Assembly: GCA_030390025.1 (NCBI GenBank)
Contig: CM059430.1
Coordinates: forward strand, 32,488,001-32,552,000
Direction: 5' to 3'
DNA length: 64,000 nucleotides
Origin: Squalus acanthias
Lineage: Eukaryota
In this document: positions 21,290-34,705 of the stretch, one piece after another
Layout of the letters: each line of letters begins with the position of its first letter
How positions within the stretch are numbered: the stretch's first letter is position 1
Program-made: the position numbers and the translations under genes
The notes under the pieces: model-generated
What the model was told of the DNA's origin: nothing
Database searches by the model: none
The model's input: the letters and a program-made list of their open reading frames with translations, nothing else

Positions 21290-24200
21290 TACATGCTTAA
21301 AATTAGCGTAACTGGGTAAGTAAGAGTTAAAGAAGATTGGGTCTATTAAATTGTTCTTTATGTACAATTAAGAATTATTCTTTATAACAACTGTAGACAT
21401 TTTATTCTGATATTACCTCCATCTAGCTGACATTGTTTTGTTCTGTTAGTCAATTTGTATATTTATAAGTAGTACTGTGCTTTGGTATGTATTACCAATG
21501 CATCGGTGGCCCACACAGTATAAATTACAAGGTGCAATACCCCACCTTGCGTTTAGTCCACTATAATCCTATTCACACTCCTGCCAATTTTTATCTCATT
21601 TTGGTTTAACTTTATACATTAGAGTTTAATTTTACACCTAGTGTGGGAGACAGTGATGTATGGGTTACATCAAGCTTTACTGAAATTATACCGTCCCTGG
21701 AGAGTTGAGACCTGGGGAGTGTCTAGTCCTGCAGCAGGGTGGGTGAGAGGAGGTCGGTACTTGCCCTCTGAACCTTGGCATCCTGCCCTACACACAAAAA
21801 AACCCTCAGCTTGAACACCATTTATTGATTTTTTTTTTATAGTTTTAAATCTTGTTCAAATTATCTCAGGCAGTGACCTTCACCAGGTGAAACTCAACTA
21901 TTTCATGAAATAAAAGAAAGGGATGGAAGAAAAGACAAAGGAAGCGAATTCAACATAGGGCCATTAATAAAATCAAACATGTAACAGCAGGCATCACTAT
22001 TATGTCCAGCAATCTTTTATCTGCACAACTAAACTGAAGAGTATTTGTATTTTTTTATTTCTGTTTTAAGTGGTTAATCTCATGAATGGTTGCTTTATAT
22101 ACCTTCGTAGCCCCTGCAGCAGAATGAATAATGGCTACCTCTCACCAGCATTCTCAATTTGAAATTGTGCTGGTATCTTGCTCTCTTTTACAGTCTGCTA
22201 AGAACAAGTGTCCCGTGAAAATGCTATGTGGATCTGGCAAAGTATGCGCTACTATTACCATGTAAACTCCCACTGATCACAGCTTTGAACTATCAATCCA
22301 ATTATTTACTACAGCCCTCCATGTTTTAACCAGTAGAGTAATCCCACAGAAATAGAGCCACAATAGACATCAAGATGGGCTTGGCAGTTGTGTCTCACAG
22401 GAGTCTAAGTCTCAAAGTGCTATTATCAAATGACCTGCCTGACCCCAGGACAGTGCAACTGACCCCATACTAGGCACAGTAGTCTGCAGAAAACTTCCCT
22501 TGAGAACACAAAGTTCCTGAAAACCACTGCAATGATTAACCCTTATTCACAGTAGTTGTTGCACCAAATCAAGTTAAGATAACCTATTATATTTTCACAC
22601 TGCTTAGGAAATATAATTCCTTGTAAATGTCTTCATTTTCTTTAATAATTTGTTGTACAGATGATGCGTTTTCTGCTTTACTTTCATGGTTGTTTCAATT
22701 ATGCATTATTTTTGCAGTTTGTATTATACGTTTCAAAACAAAGTTAAAATATGCCATGCAGCTCCATACACAACAGTGATATTCTATTTTTCTCCCGTAA
22801 ATAAGATTGCCTTTTCTTTCAAGCTTAACAGCCAAGTCTGCAAAAGAATGATTTCAGTAGTTCTTACTACTTGGAGCTTTTCAAGATAAATTTAGTAGTA
22901 ATGGTATAACAGTATATTACTGCACATGTGAGTTCTTGGCCAGTGTTGGATCGTTTAAGGAACTGGTATTTTACTAAAGGCTGACCCTGGGAGTGTAACA
23001 AATGAACCCATTATGTGAAGGCGTTAAATGGTACTTGAAATGTGCCTGGTTTTCAGGTGCACATAGTGCCTTTATAAGTTCCTGTGACAGGTTGTGTAAT
23101 TTAAAGAGGAAATACATAGTACAAATTTCTTTGACACCACAGGTATCCCCTCAGAACGCATTACAGTCAGGAGTGACAACTTCCCTGAGCTAGAAATAGA
23201 GTGAGGAGTTCTGCCGACAAATCTGCTCTGAGCTCTCAGTCTGTGCCATACAACACTGCAAGCACACAATGTGGCTTCTGTCACAGACCTGTCATTTTGC
23301 CTCTAATTATATTTGGCACACTTCTATATAAAGAAATAGAAATTGTCATAGTACCAAACTCACAGTAAAAAAAAATTACAAAAATGGTCTTCAGGAGAAT
23401 GGGCACAATAGTATGTGACAAATAAATGTTAAACATCGTATTGTCCCTCATATGGGGTCAATATATTAATTATGATGGGCCATTCAATATCAACCCAGTG
23501 TAAGGAAATAAAGTCAGATCAGTATTTGGATACATTCAACAAGCGATTCTGTTTGTCCGAAATGTGCATCCCCTGAGCAAGAAGCTTGAACGCAGTAAAG
23601 CAGTGCAATGGGTGAGCAGCATGAGCCTCTATTAGATTATCAGGACTCGGACATATACCACTACTAAGTCACTGGGGGATGGATACACAACCACCACCAG
23701 ACTGTCAAAGACTAAAACAGAATCCTCATCGCCACCTAGATCATCAAGGAAAATTGATGCACACCAACTAATTGCCTTAACAAGAGGCTCAAACGCATAA
23801 ACCATCATTGAGTAAAAAAAAAAATAAGTCTACCCCTGTAATCATTCCCACCACTAACACATGCCACAATAAACAAAAGGCCATCAAATATATGCCAAAT
23901 GATATGTTGCTCCTCTCTATTTTAAAGGGACAAGCTCATCCCAAGCCAAACTGGGAACAATACAATTTTTTCAAATAAATCCAACCTGTCCCATTTCAGA
24001 TCAGTTTCAGACTGCCTCTTCAGATTTTCTGCTTATTTCCAGTATTGTATATCTGACTTTTATTCAGGGGGTTCATTACCATCATCAATTAGGGCTAATG
24101 TAAGACAATAAAAGTAATCACACCCTGGCATTAATACTGGCAGAAAGGCAGCACATGATTTTCCACAATACCATTTGTTGTTCAGAAAATGCTTCTTCTG

Positions 24201-27200
24201 CTACTCTAATAGGCCACACCTTTAGTCCAAAATATCACAAAGGATTTACCAGAGTGAACAGGTTAGCCCGTGCCATGCTGAACACTTTTTAGGTGCCTGC
24301 GTGGCAACATTGCTCACACTGGTGTTTTAGGTTTTACTTTCCTCCTTTGTGCCTGAACTATGTGAGAATAAAGTGAATAACAATAACCTGCTATGACAGA
24401 TTATGGGGAATGTTTAGCTATTTGACTGCAGATTATTGGGTTACGTGCCAGTTAAGAGTGACAAACTTGCGGGGGAGTGAAAGTGAATGTTTATGGAGCA
24501 CAAAAGAAAATGCTGAAAATTAAACTGGACCAATAACAAAAGATCTAAAAAGTCATCAGAAAGAGCACATCCTCTCCAGAAATCTACTCGATGTACCAGA
24601 GTGGTCAGGATTATGTAAAATTAATCTTCATGGGGTTTCCCAACGGCCTGCGTCAACTATTTCATGGATGTGAATGGGAGTCTGAAACTGGGAGTATTTG
24701 TTGGAGTATTTGTTGTAGCTCTCCAAAGGAGGGTTCTCAGCTACAAAGACACATGAGAAATGACACTTTCCACAAGAAATGTTCAAGATACTAACTAAAT
24801 ATCCTTGGCTGAGTAGTTCCAAAGTCAGTGCAATCCACATGCTTCACTACAGTGTGGATAGTGTTACAAGTTTAGGGTCTTGCCTTACATGTTCTCTAGA
24901 GTGCAGCAGTGCTAGTCACCCCATAAACGATCTGAGCAGCTTACATTTAGGGGTGTCCTCGTACTACCCAACATCTAAATATTCAATAGCGTACCCCAGA
25001 GGTGAAACAATAGCACATTTGTGCGATATAAACTGAGCATTCATTTATTTCACATATGTGTTTCTTCAAACTCTTCAAAGACAGATCGAGAAGTCACTTA
25101 GTAAGAAAAGGCCAGATACAAATCATAAAACTGTTTTATTTCACAGCAAGTGAACATACAGAGAAACCATTACGATCAGACTCACTTAATTCAATCACAA
25201 CTTTTCTTCACAAAATAATACAATAAAATGAACTCACTATGCTCCCCTACAATATCGGTCACCTTACTTGACTTAAACTCCTAATTATCCTCCTGTATGC
25301 TACAACTTCGGAGCCTTGCCATAGCTTACCCTCGCAGCTTTATATTTGAAATCCTGACTCATTTTGCAGCCTTCATTGAACCTACTGCCTGTGTCTCTAC
25401 CTCTTTTTATCTCCCCCTGTTCCCAATCTGAAGGGACCAAAGGCTTCCCAACACAATGGGGGTGAGGTGTTTATCTTAGCTCAGATTGGCTCATTGGTAT
25501 TTTAACCACCTATCATGTAAATGCATTTTCAAAAAATTATATGAATACACTTTGCATTAAAGAACTTGCATTTAAAAGTAGCTCCTTTTTAAATTTGTTT
25601 TATGTGGAATAATAGTCACAAAATTCCTCAAACATGATAAAGAGTCCTAGTTGATATAAGGAGGTTTTCCTCTGTCTGCCATGTGTAACAAAATCATAAT
25701 CCAATTTCTACACAACAACGCACTTAGGAAATCTTCCTCCATGGTGTTAGAACATCAGGGGGCCATTCCACCTCTCCAGATGATCCTATCACTTCAGTTC
25801 TTGCTTAGTACTCACAAAGGAGGCCTCTTTCATTTCTTTATTTTGGTGGCATCAAGCCAGTATCCCTTTACAACTGAATCACAAATCCGTTCATTTCCTT
25901 TTTTAATGTTTGAACCAGCGCTCGTTCTCTGCACTAGGTGGTGGTCTGTTCCATAAGGCAACAGTGTTGCATGAAGCAATAATTCCTTATATTAAATTAT
26001 GCTCACAATTTCCTTAGTGAATAATTATGTGCCCCAGTTGTCTTGCTCCTACGTCTGTAATTCTCCACATCCACTTGATTGCCTTCATGATTATTCTGAA
26101 GTCATGTTTATTGTAGAGCTGAAAATTCCTATTTGTTGAAATTCTCAACTGCATTGTAGAAAATGGCCAGGTACAAATGCTGCAACACCCCTTTATTCCT
26201 AATGTGTTTTAGAATAAAAATTCCCACTACTTGACTTTTGCCATGGCCTGGGCTGTGAAGCAAGAGATTTGCACCAAGCTGCTATAAATCTCTGATGCAA
26301 ATCTCTGACTAATTTCTGCTGGAATGGAAAACTGTGTGCTTATTACTTTTTTCCACCAAAATTGAATAGGGATGTTCCAAATTAAAGATTCTGAGGGATC
26401 ATATTCATTTGGTTCAATTTGAGTCATTCTAATTACAACCTCTTCAGGGCTGTACAGATAAGCAGGATATGATTTTCAGGCTTATTTTGTGCAGAGGTGA
26501 ATCACTAATAAAACTGAAGATTAATTATTGTTCACCCTTGTTTACCAGAGGTTTACCTTCTTACACGTTCACTGCTCCACCCTTTATGGGAAAGTCCATT
26601 TGCAAGCCAGAGAGACTGTAGCTGCGCAGGTGGACTTAACAGGGACTGAAGTGGGTAGAGTGGAATGAACAGGTTACCTTCATGAACCCATGCCCTCTGC
26701 TGTGCAAATTCTACTGGGCCCATTTTCCTAAAATGTTATGCATGCCACAGTTATGATTTTCAGTGAATGTAGGCTGATACACAGCAGAAATGTGTGTCAC
26801 TTGCCTTGTAAATACAGACCCTAGAGCCCATGCTGGTATAGGGATAACCAAAAATAATATGGAAGAGAACCTACTCAGGGAAAAAGGATCACTAGAATGA
26901 TTAATCTACCTTTGTCTCACAGACAAATCATTGAGTAAGCTTGTATACATCAAGTGACTCTACAAATAACCAGTTAGTAATAAGGAACTAATACCTTCCA
27001 TTTTCTGGGTTTTAACAATATATATCGTTTTACAGTAATATATTTAACATATAATTGATGCTGTATTTAAAATATTGTGCTATGTAATTTTGTAAAATGG
27101 CTTACAGACTCACAATTACTATACTAATACAGTTAGTTAGACTATTAATCATTTTAAAGTATAGCAAATGTGTTTAAAAGCAGCATATTCCAAATCTCAG

Positions 27201-30200
27201 TTGAATGGATACCCATAAATTCTTGAAAGACTCTGTATGCAGGAAGTAGCAAGTAGCTCAACAATCCACAGAATGCTTTAATACGCTGCAACACCAGTGT
27301 GTGAGAATACTCAGTTAAAATGAATTCTGGGTACTGTACTGTCAACAGGAAGTGGATTTTGGCACCTGTTCCCACAGCATTGGGCAAGATTGTGTACAAA
27401 GAATGCTCCATGTTATTCTAATATGAATATTAAAGACTTGACTAAATATTTTTGCAAGCCAATGCTTTGGTATTTTAAACTAGATGCTATAATTAGATAT
27501 TGTTGTGCTGTTAATGATGGCAGTGTGTGTCTCTCTGTCTCTCTCTCGGTACACGTGTGTGTTCCTACCAACAACAAATTTTGACAAAGTGCCACATTAA
27601 CAAATGGAAATGGTCAAGTTTGAATTTTAAGCTCTTTAGACTGTATAAACAATAAAATGAAATTTTCATATATTTCCCAGACTTATAAAAACAGTACGTT
27701 ATAGTACAACCATTTGCAGCGTAGAAAGCAAAGCAAGACTTCAAACGCGGTTCATAAGTGTACTGACTAACCAAGAATATTTGCAATACAGATATATGAA
27801 TACATGGAAAAGCAGTAAATGATTAGCTGACTATTAGAAATCCATGTTTTCATCAGTAAAATGTGATGCATATCCAGTTATGTCACTATACTGTATATAG
27901 AGTAGCTCATGAAAATACTCAAGTTATTTTGGTTTTGTAACAAAGGATTGCAAAAAAGGCAAGATACTGATTTATGTCATTAAATATCCCCTGCATCTAA
28001 TGTATCATTCATTAATCAACCATTAATGATTTTGTGACTGTAATTATTAACAAAACTTGAGTTGCTGCTTCTCCCAGCAGAAATATTACAATTAGCATTA
28101 TTATTGTCATTTCAAAACTATCCATTAACCCCTTAACTCTGGGTATACTCAGTGTCTTTGCTAAAGATTCAAAGTGTGATTTTTTTTCACATACTAATTT
28201 ACATATTAAGACTGCCTACTATGACACTGGCTGGGATGAGATGACAATAAGCTGAGGCATATTGAAGTTTGCAGCATTTATAGTTGTTTTCTCTTCGGTA
28301 AGAAGATGGATTACGGGCTGAAGAAAAACTTCATTTTATTGGGTTTTTAGAAATGTTTATTTCTGAAAAAATACTATCACTCTTCTAAAGGTGCTGTTAA
28401 TTTATGGGAGGGCCCAAATAGAACTATATTGCCCTACAAAATGTCTGAAGACACTAGACTTAAGCACTGCACTACAGTGTTTTCCCAATCCAGATGGGAC
28501 TGATTTGGATTTCTTAAAAAGAATCTTTGTTGAATTCTGATATACCCCCTTCTGCAAGAGTATACAAATGTATTAATTTTAATATTTCCCCATCTATAAT
28601 TCTGAAATAACATACTGACAGTTAAAAACTACAAAATGCGGTATGCTTCTATGGTCAGTACCTGTGAAGTGAGTTTTAAATTCCTAATTTTAAAATTTTG
28701 TGTCAAATTGATTTCTGTGGTGCTGTCCATCCCTAGTATCTATTCCTCAAGCAGCATGAGTAGATTCCTTAAATCCAAGCAATTTTCATTTTTTTTACAG
28801 AGAGGGAGGGAAGCAAGTGGAGAAATGTCATATTTGGGTCAACCATTTATTGAGAGGGGTTTGAATCCATGTTCTAATGCAACTGAATACTCATCTCTAT
28901 TACATACTACAGCCTGCTCTGGCTAGGACCCTCTTGGCTTTGTTAGAAGAACAATTTGGTCCACAGTTCCAAATGTATTAATAATTTACTGTCAGAACTG
29001 AAGTTTTAAAATGGGGCTACCTGAAATTAATTGTGTGACTTTTAATGAGTTATAATTTTTAGGGTCAGGCAGGAGTATGTATAAAGAGGGGGTTGATGGA
29101 ATGGCACTGTGGTGTAGCATGTTGAAGCTTCAATATGTTGTGTTGCAAACTGCTTGGATCGGGATTTGTCCCAGTGGTTTCCACAAGGCAAATTTCCAAT
29201 CTTAGCTGCGCCATTAGGGGGCGGTAGAGTGGAAACCAAGTGCTTGCACGCTTGGAGGAAATGAAGAAATGTTGGCGAGCAAGTCACTCTGGACTTCTAG
29301 TGACTGGTTACAGGGCAACACTAGAGAGGTAGAAGGCAAGGTTGTTACTACATTTATCCACACAGTATGTTCCTAATTTCAGATTTGCCAGTGGGAGAAA
29401 TGTCAAATGGAGGTCAGATACTTTTCCTAAGGAAAGAAGAGAAAATTTTGGAGCACTTGTGGTCACCTCCTAATGGCTGGTGACTAAGTTGTATCGATCT
29501 GGGGAGACCTAAACAGAAGAAAATGAAACATACAAAATTAATGAATTTGGAGGTGCCAGAGTGCCTCCTCTATTCTACCGCATTTGGAGTTTATCTTCTA
29601 GAACGATTTCTGCATCTAGCTTTGAAACAACAGACACTCTTCAGCGACACATTCTGCTGGATTCATTCCTCACAAGGCCATGATTTGGCTGTGTTAACTA
29701 CAGTACTTTCCTGTAGCCAGGTAGAGACTTCAGTGCTCATTTCTTAATGTTGGCTAAGCTATCCATATTGTCTGCTCCTTTTACTGTCCTGGTATTGTTG
29801 AGGGTAATCTTTGCTTTGAGGTACAAGTGTATTTACATCTTTCCACCACCACCCCCCTTATCTTAATTGGTCCTTTGTTCAGATTCAAAGATATTTAGCT
29901 TCAGTTTTCATTGTACTGGATGCTGAGTATGAGGAGGACCGAACACAGACTTCATCTGAAGAATATTTTATAACTCCCAAAATGCTCCTCTGAGTACACC
30001 ATTTCCAGATTCAAAGGCACACTGCTGAACTCTCCATTTTGCTCGGAGCAAGATTTCTTCCCACTTCTGGAATGCCTCCCAAATGGGGCAAGAAAAAGGT
30101 AACAGTATTTGTAAAGAATTGTGTGCATTAAATAATCATAACCTTTAAGAGTATTTCTGTGATTAATTAGTAAGAGGTCATGACCCAGAATAAGACTGCC

Positions 30201-30271
30201 TGAGATAATGTCAATTATACATCTAGTAATCTGGAAGCAGACAGTTGGAGTCTTGCGTAAACTCTAAGCTA

Positions 30272-30663
30272 TTTTTCCCCTTCCAATTTTCTCGCCTCCT
30301 CTCATGAAGGTTCTGACTCATACTTTATGGTTCCACAGGTACAGACAGGCTGCCTTCCACTACCTGATGCAAACAGTCATTCTTAATGTCTGAGCCTAGA
30401 CAGTGAACATCACCATCATCGCAGCTGAACTCAATCTTGCCCTGACCTGACTGCCTCACATGTACACTTTCCAGTAAGAGTTACTGGAGAACAATCAGCT
30501 TTGGCAACCCTGAGTTTCCAGGGCACTGAGGCGAATTCTCGTGCTCCGACTGCAACCCAGCTGATAGCAGCTAACTCAGCACACTCCAGGTCAAACCTGG
30601 GATCTTGCAGTCTGTATGGGTTCGTCGTATACTGGCAGTGGATTTACCTACTAAGCCACTGGG
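30272..30663 (-). mobile_element. Old tRNA-head SINE (same family as 19141-20570)
   Basis: Minus strand CCCAGTGGCTTAGTAGG..CCCAGGTTTGACC..GTGCTGAGTTAGCTG..GTGGAACC..GAGAAAATTGG. Confidence 0.5.
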
Positions 30664-33600
30664 TTAGCTCTGAAATTCTAGTGTTCATAAGAAGTGGTGA
30701 GCTTTAACTGTGGATTGCTGAAGCAGTTGTTAATAAGATGTAATCTCAGTCTGTTTCTCAGTCTACTTGTGCATCAGGATTATTCTCACTTTTCCTGGCA
30801 TGCCTGGATCTATGTTGTTTCCCACTGCTAAATCCAATGCAGTGCTAGGACATACTGTACAGACATGCACAGAATGCCATGCAGATTTGTCCACTTGAGC
30901 TGGACAATGCTACAATGTAACAGGTGGATGAACTTGATATTTTATAAGTGTTCTTCTTTAGTTCTTGCAAAAATATGATTGGAATTGAAATTCAGTAGTG
31001 CAGTGAATATTTAATTGTAATTTACATTTATGCTTTCATGTTGATTCATTAGGAAAATAATACAGCATTTGTCTTTCACAGTTACAGCTAATGTAAAGTG
31101 GAGTTAAAATGCCTAAAGATAGGTACAAAAGGGGGGCATGTGGAAAGTATTTTTGTACAAATTAGGTAAGACATTTTTGCTACACAGCATTGTCTATCAA
31201 TATATAAGATAAGGCGTCATCCAATACTTGCTTTAGGTGATTTGATTGTGCCTAAATATTTACACATTGCTGTATCACCGTACTTAACAGACTGGATTAT
31301 AACTGCTTCTGCAAACTAGGTTCATAGCACTAGGTCACGGGATAGTCAAAACTATTGTATCCTTAGGGCCAACAAAATGATAGTGAATCTGCGCTTTTGG
31401 TCAAAGAATCAGCTCTTTGCCACTTACCAACCAAACGAACACTCAAATCTTCCCAATTTTAATTGACTTGTGTGAAAACTTTTACTGATTAGCTGAATTT
31501 CAATTTCAATCATATTTTAACAAGGACTACTGAAAAATACATAAAATAAAATCATGAAAACTCAGTCTTTACAATTTGGATCCCTGCACTGTCATCCCTT
31601 TATTATACGCTGTTCCTCTGAAGAAGCCACATATACTTGGACCAATTGGCACCAATGCTCAACAGTTTACCACTGGTGTCAAAGACTACTTGGCAAGTTA
31701 TAAAATGGTAGCTTTTGCAGTTCACACAAGCATCCTCACTGACTGTTGGCGCAGGCATAGAAACACTAATACAATTAATGGCACTGTGGGCACTAGGCCT
31801 CTCAACTATTTTATAAAGGTTTTGCATAATTGCACTGTAATGTGTCTCATCAGCAGGGAATTTAATAATTTGTGATGCTCTTCTGCCAATGCATCAAATA
31901 CCATTATGGCCAAGCAACTAAATGATTACTGCCTAAAACCAACAATGTCACCTACCTGGAACTGAAATGACCCAGAAGCAAATAGAAAACACAACAGCAG
32001 CCAAATTTTGAATCTCTAGGGACAGTGTTCCATTCTGTGTGTCCTCGGAGACACAGTGTTCTTTAACATGTCCACGAGGCAATCAACTGCAGCACCTGAG
32101 ATATGAAACAGTTTTTTTCTTTTGAAACAATCATTACAAAGACAATATTCTTTTCTCCTCTCATTCCTGCCGTTCTTGTCTACACCATTTAGCTCACATC
32201 AAAACATAAGTAAAATGCAAAAGCAAATGAATTACTCCATATGTATATCTAACTCTACATTCATCTGGGGTGGTTTATATGCATACATCATGGCCTAATT
32301 TGAATTGACATAATATAATAATTCTCATAATTTATTTTACATGTCAGTTTGAAGAATTAACATTTAACCCTTACTGAAAGGAAACAATCCACTGACATGA
32401 AACATGTTTGGTGGGAAAAAAAATAACTCCCAGCAAGGCCGAAGGTTTTACGTCTGTCCACCTTCCTTAAACTGGAGAGACAGCATGCAAAATAATGTAA
32501 TTCTGTACAGCTGCACTCCAGTACTGGACACAAGTGTGAATCATTTGAAGTTATTAATTCTTATTCAATCATACTGTTTGAAATACAGCACTCTGATTGG
32601 CTGAAAACTACAATTTGGTCAAATACAGTTACTCTTGCTGGGGTGCGCTTCTTGAGACACTAGCAGCATGTGTTGTTATCAAAATCGCCCTACCAGTGTT
32701 TCATCAACATTCTCCACCATTGTCCAGATCCTGGAAATTATAGAAACCTACTGACTCTCTTATATTCAAAGGAATCCTCTGCCCCTCACCACCACCACTG
32801 CCATACAAACTCATTAATAATTTAAAAAAATCAGTATTTCACCGCCTCAATCTGGTGTTCAAGTTTCTACTAGGCAAAAAAAAACCTATATTTTAGCTAA
32901 ACATCAGCATATAGTCACTGTAGTGAATACGGGAAACAGAATGCACTCTGTGCAAAGGGTTAGAATATATTGTGTTTGTTCTGTATTAAGATCTCAATTA
33001 CACATATATTCTAGTTTGCCCATACTCTCCCTACCAACCACCAATGATCATAATGCTGCTCCAACATCATTGTCTGCAAGATCCACAGTTACATCAATCA
33101 CAAAACAAGGAACAATCTATCACACAACTAACCACATTTTGAATACAACTCATGAATTCAATCTTTATTATTCATACAGCAGCAATATTGGATTCAAATG
33201 TCTGAGAATAAAAATATGTAATTGTTATTAACTGCAATAACATAACAGTACTTTTAATCCAATAACCTTTACAATGATAATTTCACTGTGGCAAAATTAG
33301 TTGGATTAATGAAGAATGATTATTGGTTCCCAAAGTGTTCAGACATCCTTTAGCATACTGAAGAAGTCTAGTACATTGGTGTATCTTGTAGCAAAATATT
33401 TATTACTTTAGAAATATTAGATGCAAAACTCACTTTGGGAAGCAAAAAGAAATGTAAGCTATTTGGACTTGGACTGTGCATTGGTTGTATCTAATAATTA
33501 ATGTCACTTATACAAAGGTGTTATGTAATAAAGCAATAATATAACTCAATAGTTTATAATGTAGATACAGATGACTGAATCTGCATTCATTTATATGAAG

Positions 33601-34524
33601 TTGTAGCAGAGTTGTTGATTATCTTGTTAATTGTAATACTATAATGTCTGGTGCAGTGTAGATGACATTTTTAGTTTGAGAAATGATTACACAATTTTAA
33701 TATGTGCACGGTGAAAATTGAGCATGCCATATTTTAGTAGACAATTTAAATTTTCCCATTTCCCTAAAATACTTTGATGTGGAAGCAGGGAATTGTTAAA
33801 CATTTTTTGTGGGGGGTGGGAGGGTGCAGAATTCACCTTATAGGAGTCATCATATGTACCTTAGCACAACTATATTATTTCTAAAATTCTGTTCTTAACA
33901 TTAGTTCTGAATGGTAGAGTGTGACCTCACAAACAATACTCTCCAATAGACAATCTGCAGTCTCTGCCCTCCAGAATAGAATGTTAAGCGTTATAAAGTG
34001 CTATTTGATGACAATGACCTGGGTTTGGTGTCATTATAGATAGCTGATCTTCGCTAACCAGGAGACTAGAAGAGATGCAGCCAGCTCATAGATGCCAGTG
34101 CAAAGTCTCCTGCGTCTCCCCCTACAAACAGTAAGCTTACTGCTTAACACACACAGGTCTTCATGATGTTACATGCTAGAGTTAGACTCTTTCATTGTGG
34201 CTTTAGGATGTCATCTATTTAATATGTCTCACTCTTTGAAAATAAATACACTATGGCAGAAATTTATGGGATTGTAAATACGTGTACCTATAAAATAAGA
34301 TTCTAAACAATTTTACCCTTTCTGCTGATAAATTCTCGCTGGTATGAGGAAATGGTGTCATACTGATACCTACCATCTGTCCCATTCATACGATGAAAGC
34401 GTTGATTTCACCAAGACTTAAAGAATTATTTTAATGTGAGCGTTTGCAATGGTGCATGGGTCCCAGCAGATCTGTGAAGCAGTGAGGTGAATGGGATTGC
34501 TACAGGACACTGCTAAGTTTGTTC

Positions 34525-34705
34525 CCTAAGTCTTTCTGTCTCTCCACCTCTCTCTCTCCTCCTTTAAGACACCCCTTAAAACCTACCTCTTTGACCAAGC
34601 TTTTGGTCACCTGTCCTGATGTCAATTTTGGGTCTGATTACGCTTCTGTGAAGCGCCTTGAGACATTTTACAACGAAAAAGGCGCTATATAACTGCAAGT
34701 TGTTG
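34525..34705 (+). mobile_element. L2-type 3' tail fragment
   Basis: CTCCTTTAAGAC..CCTTAAAACCTACCTCTTTGACCAAGCTTTTGG..GTGAAGCGCCTTG..AAAGGCGCTATATAA. Confidence 0.7.

Noticed and set aside
24940-25500. Possible solo LTR
   Set aside because: No clear TG..CA ends, TSD or second copy could be identified.
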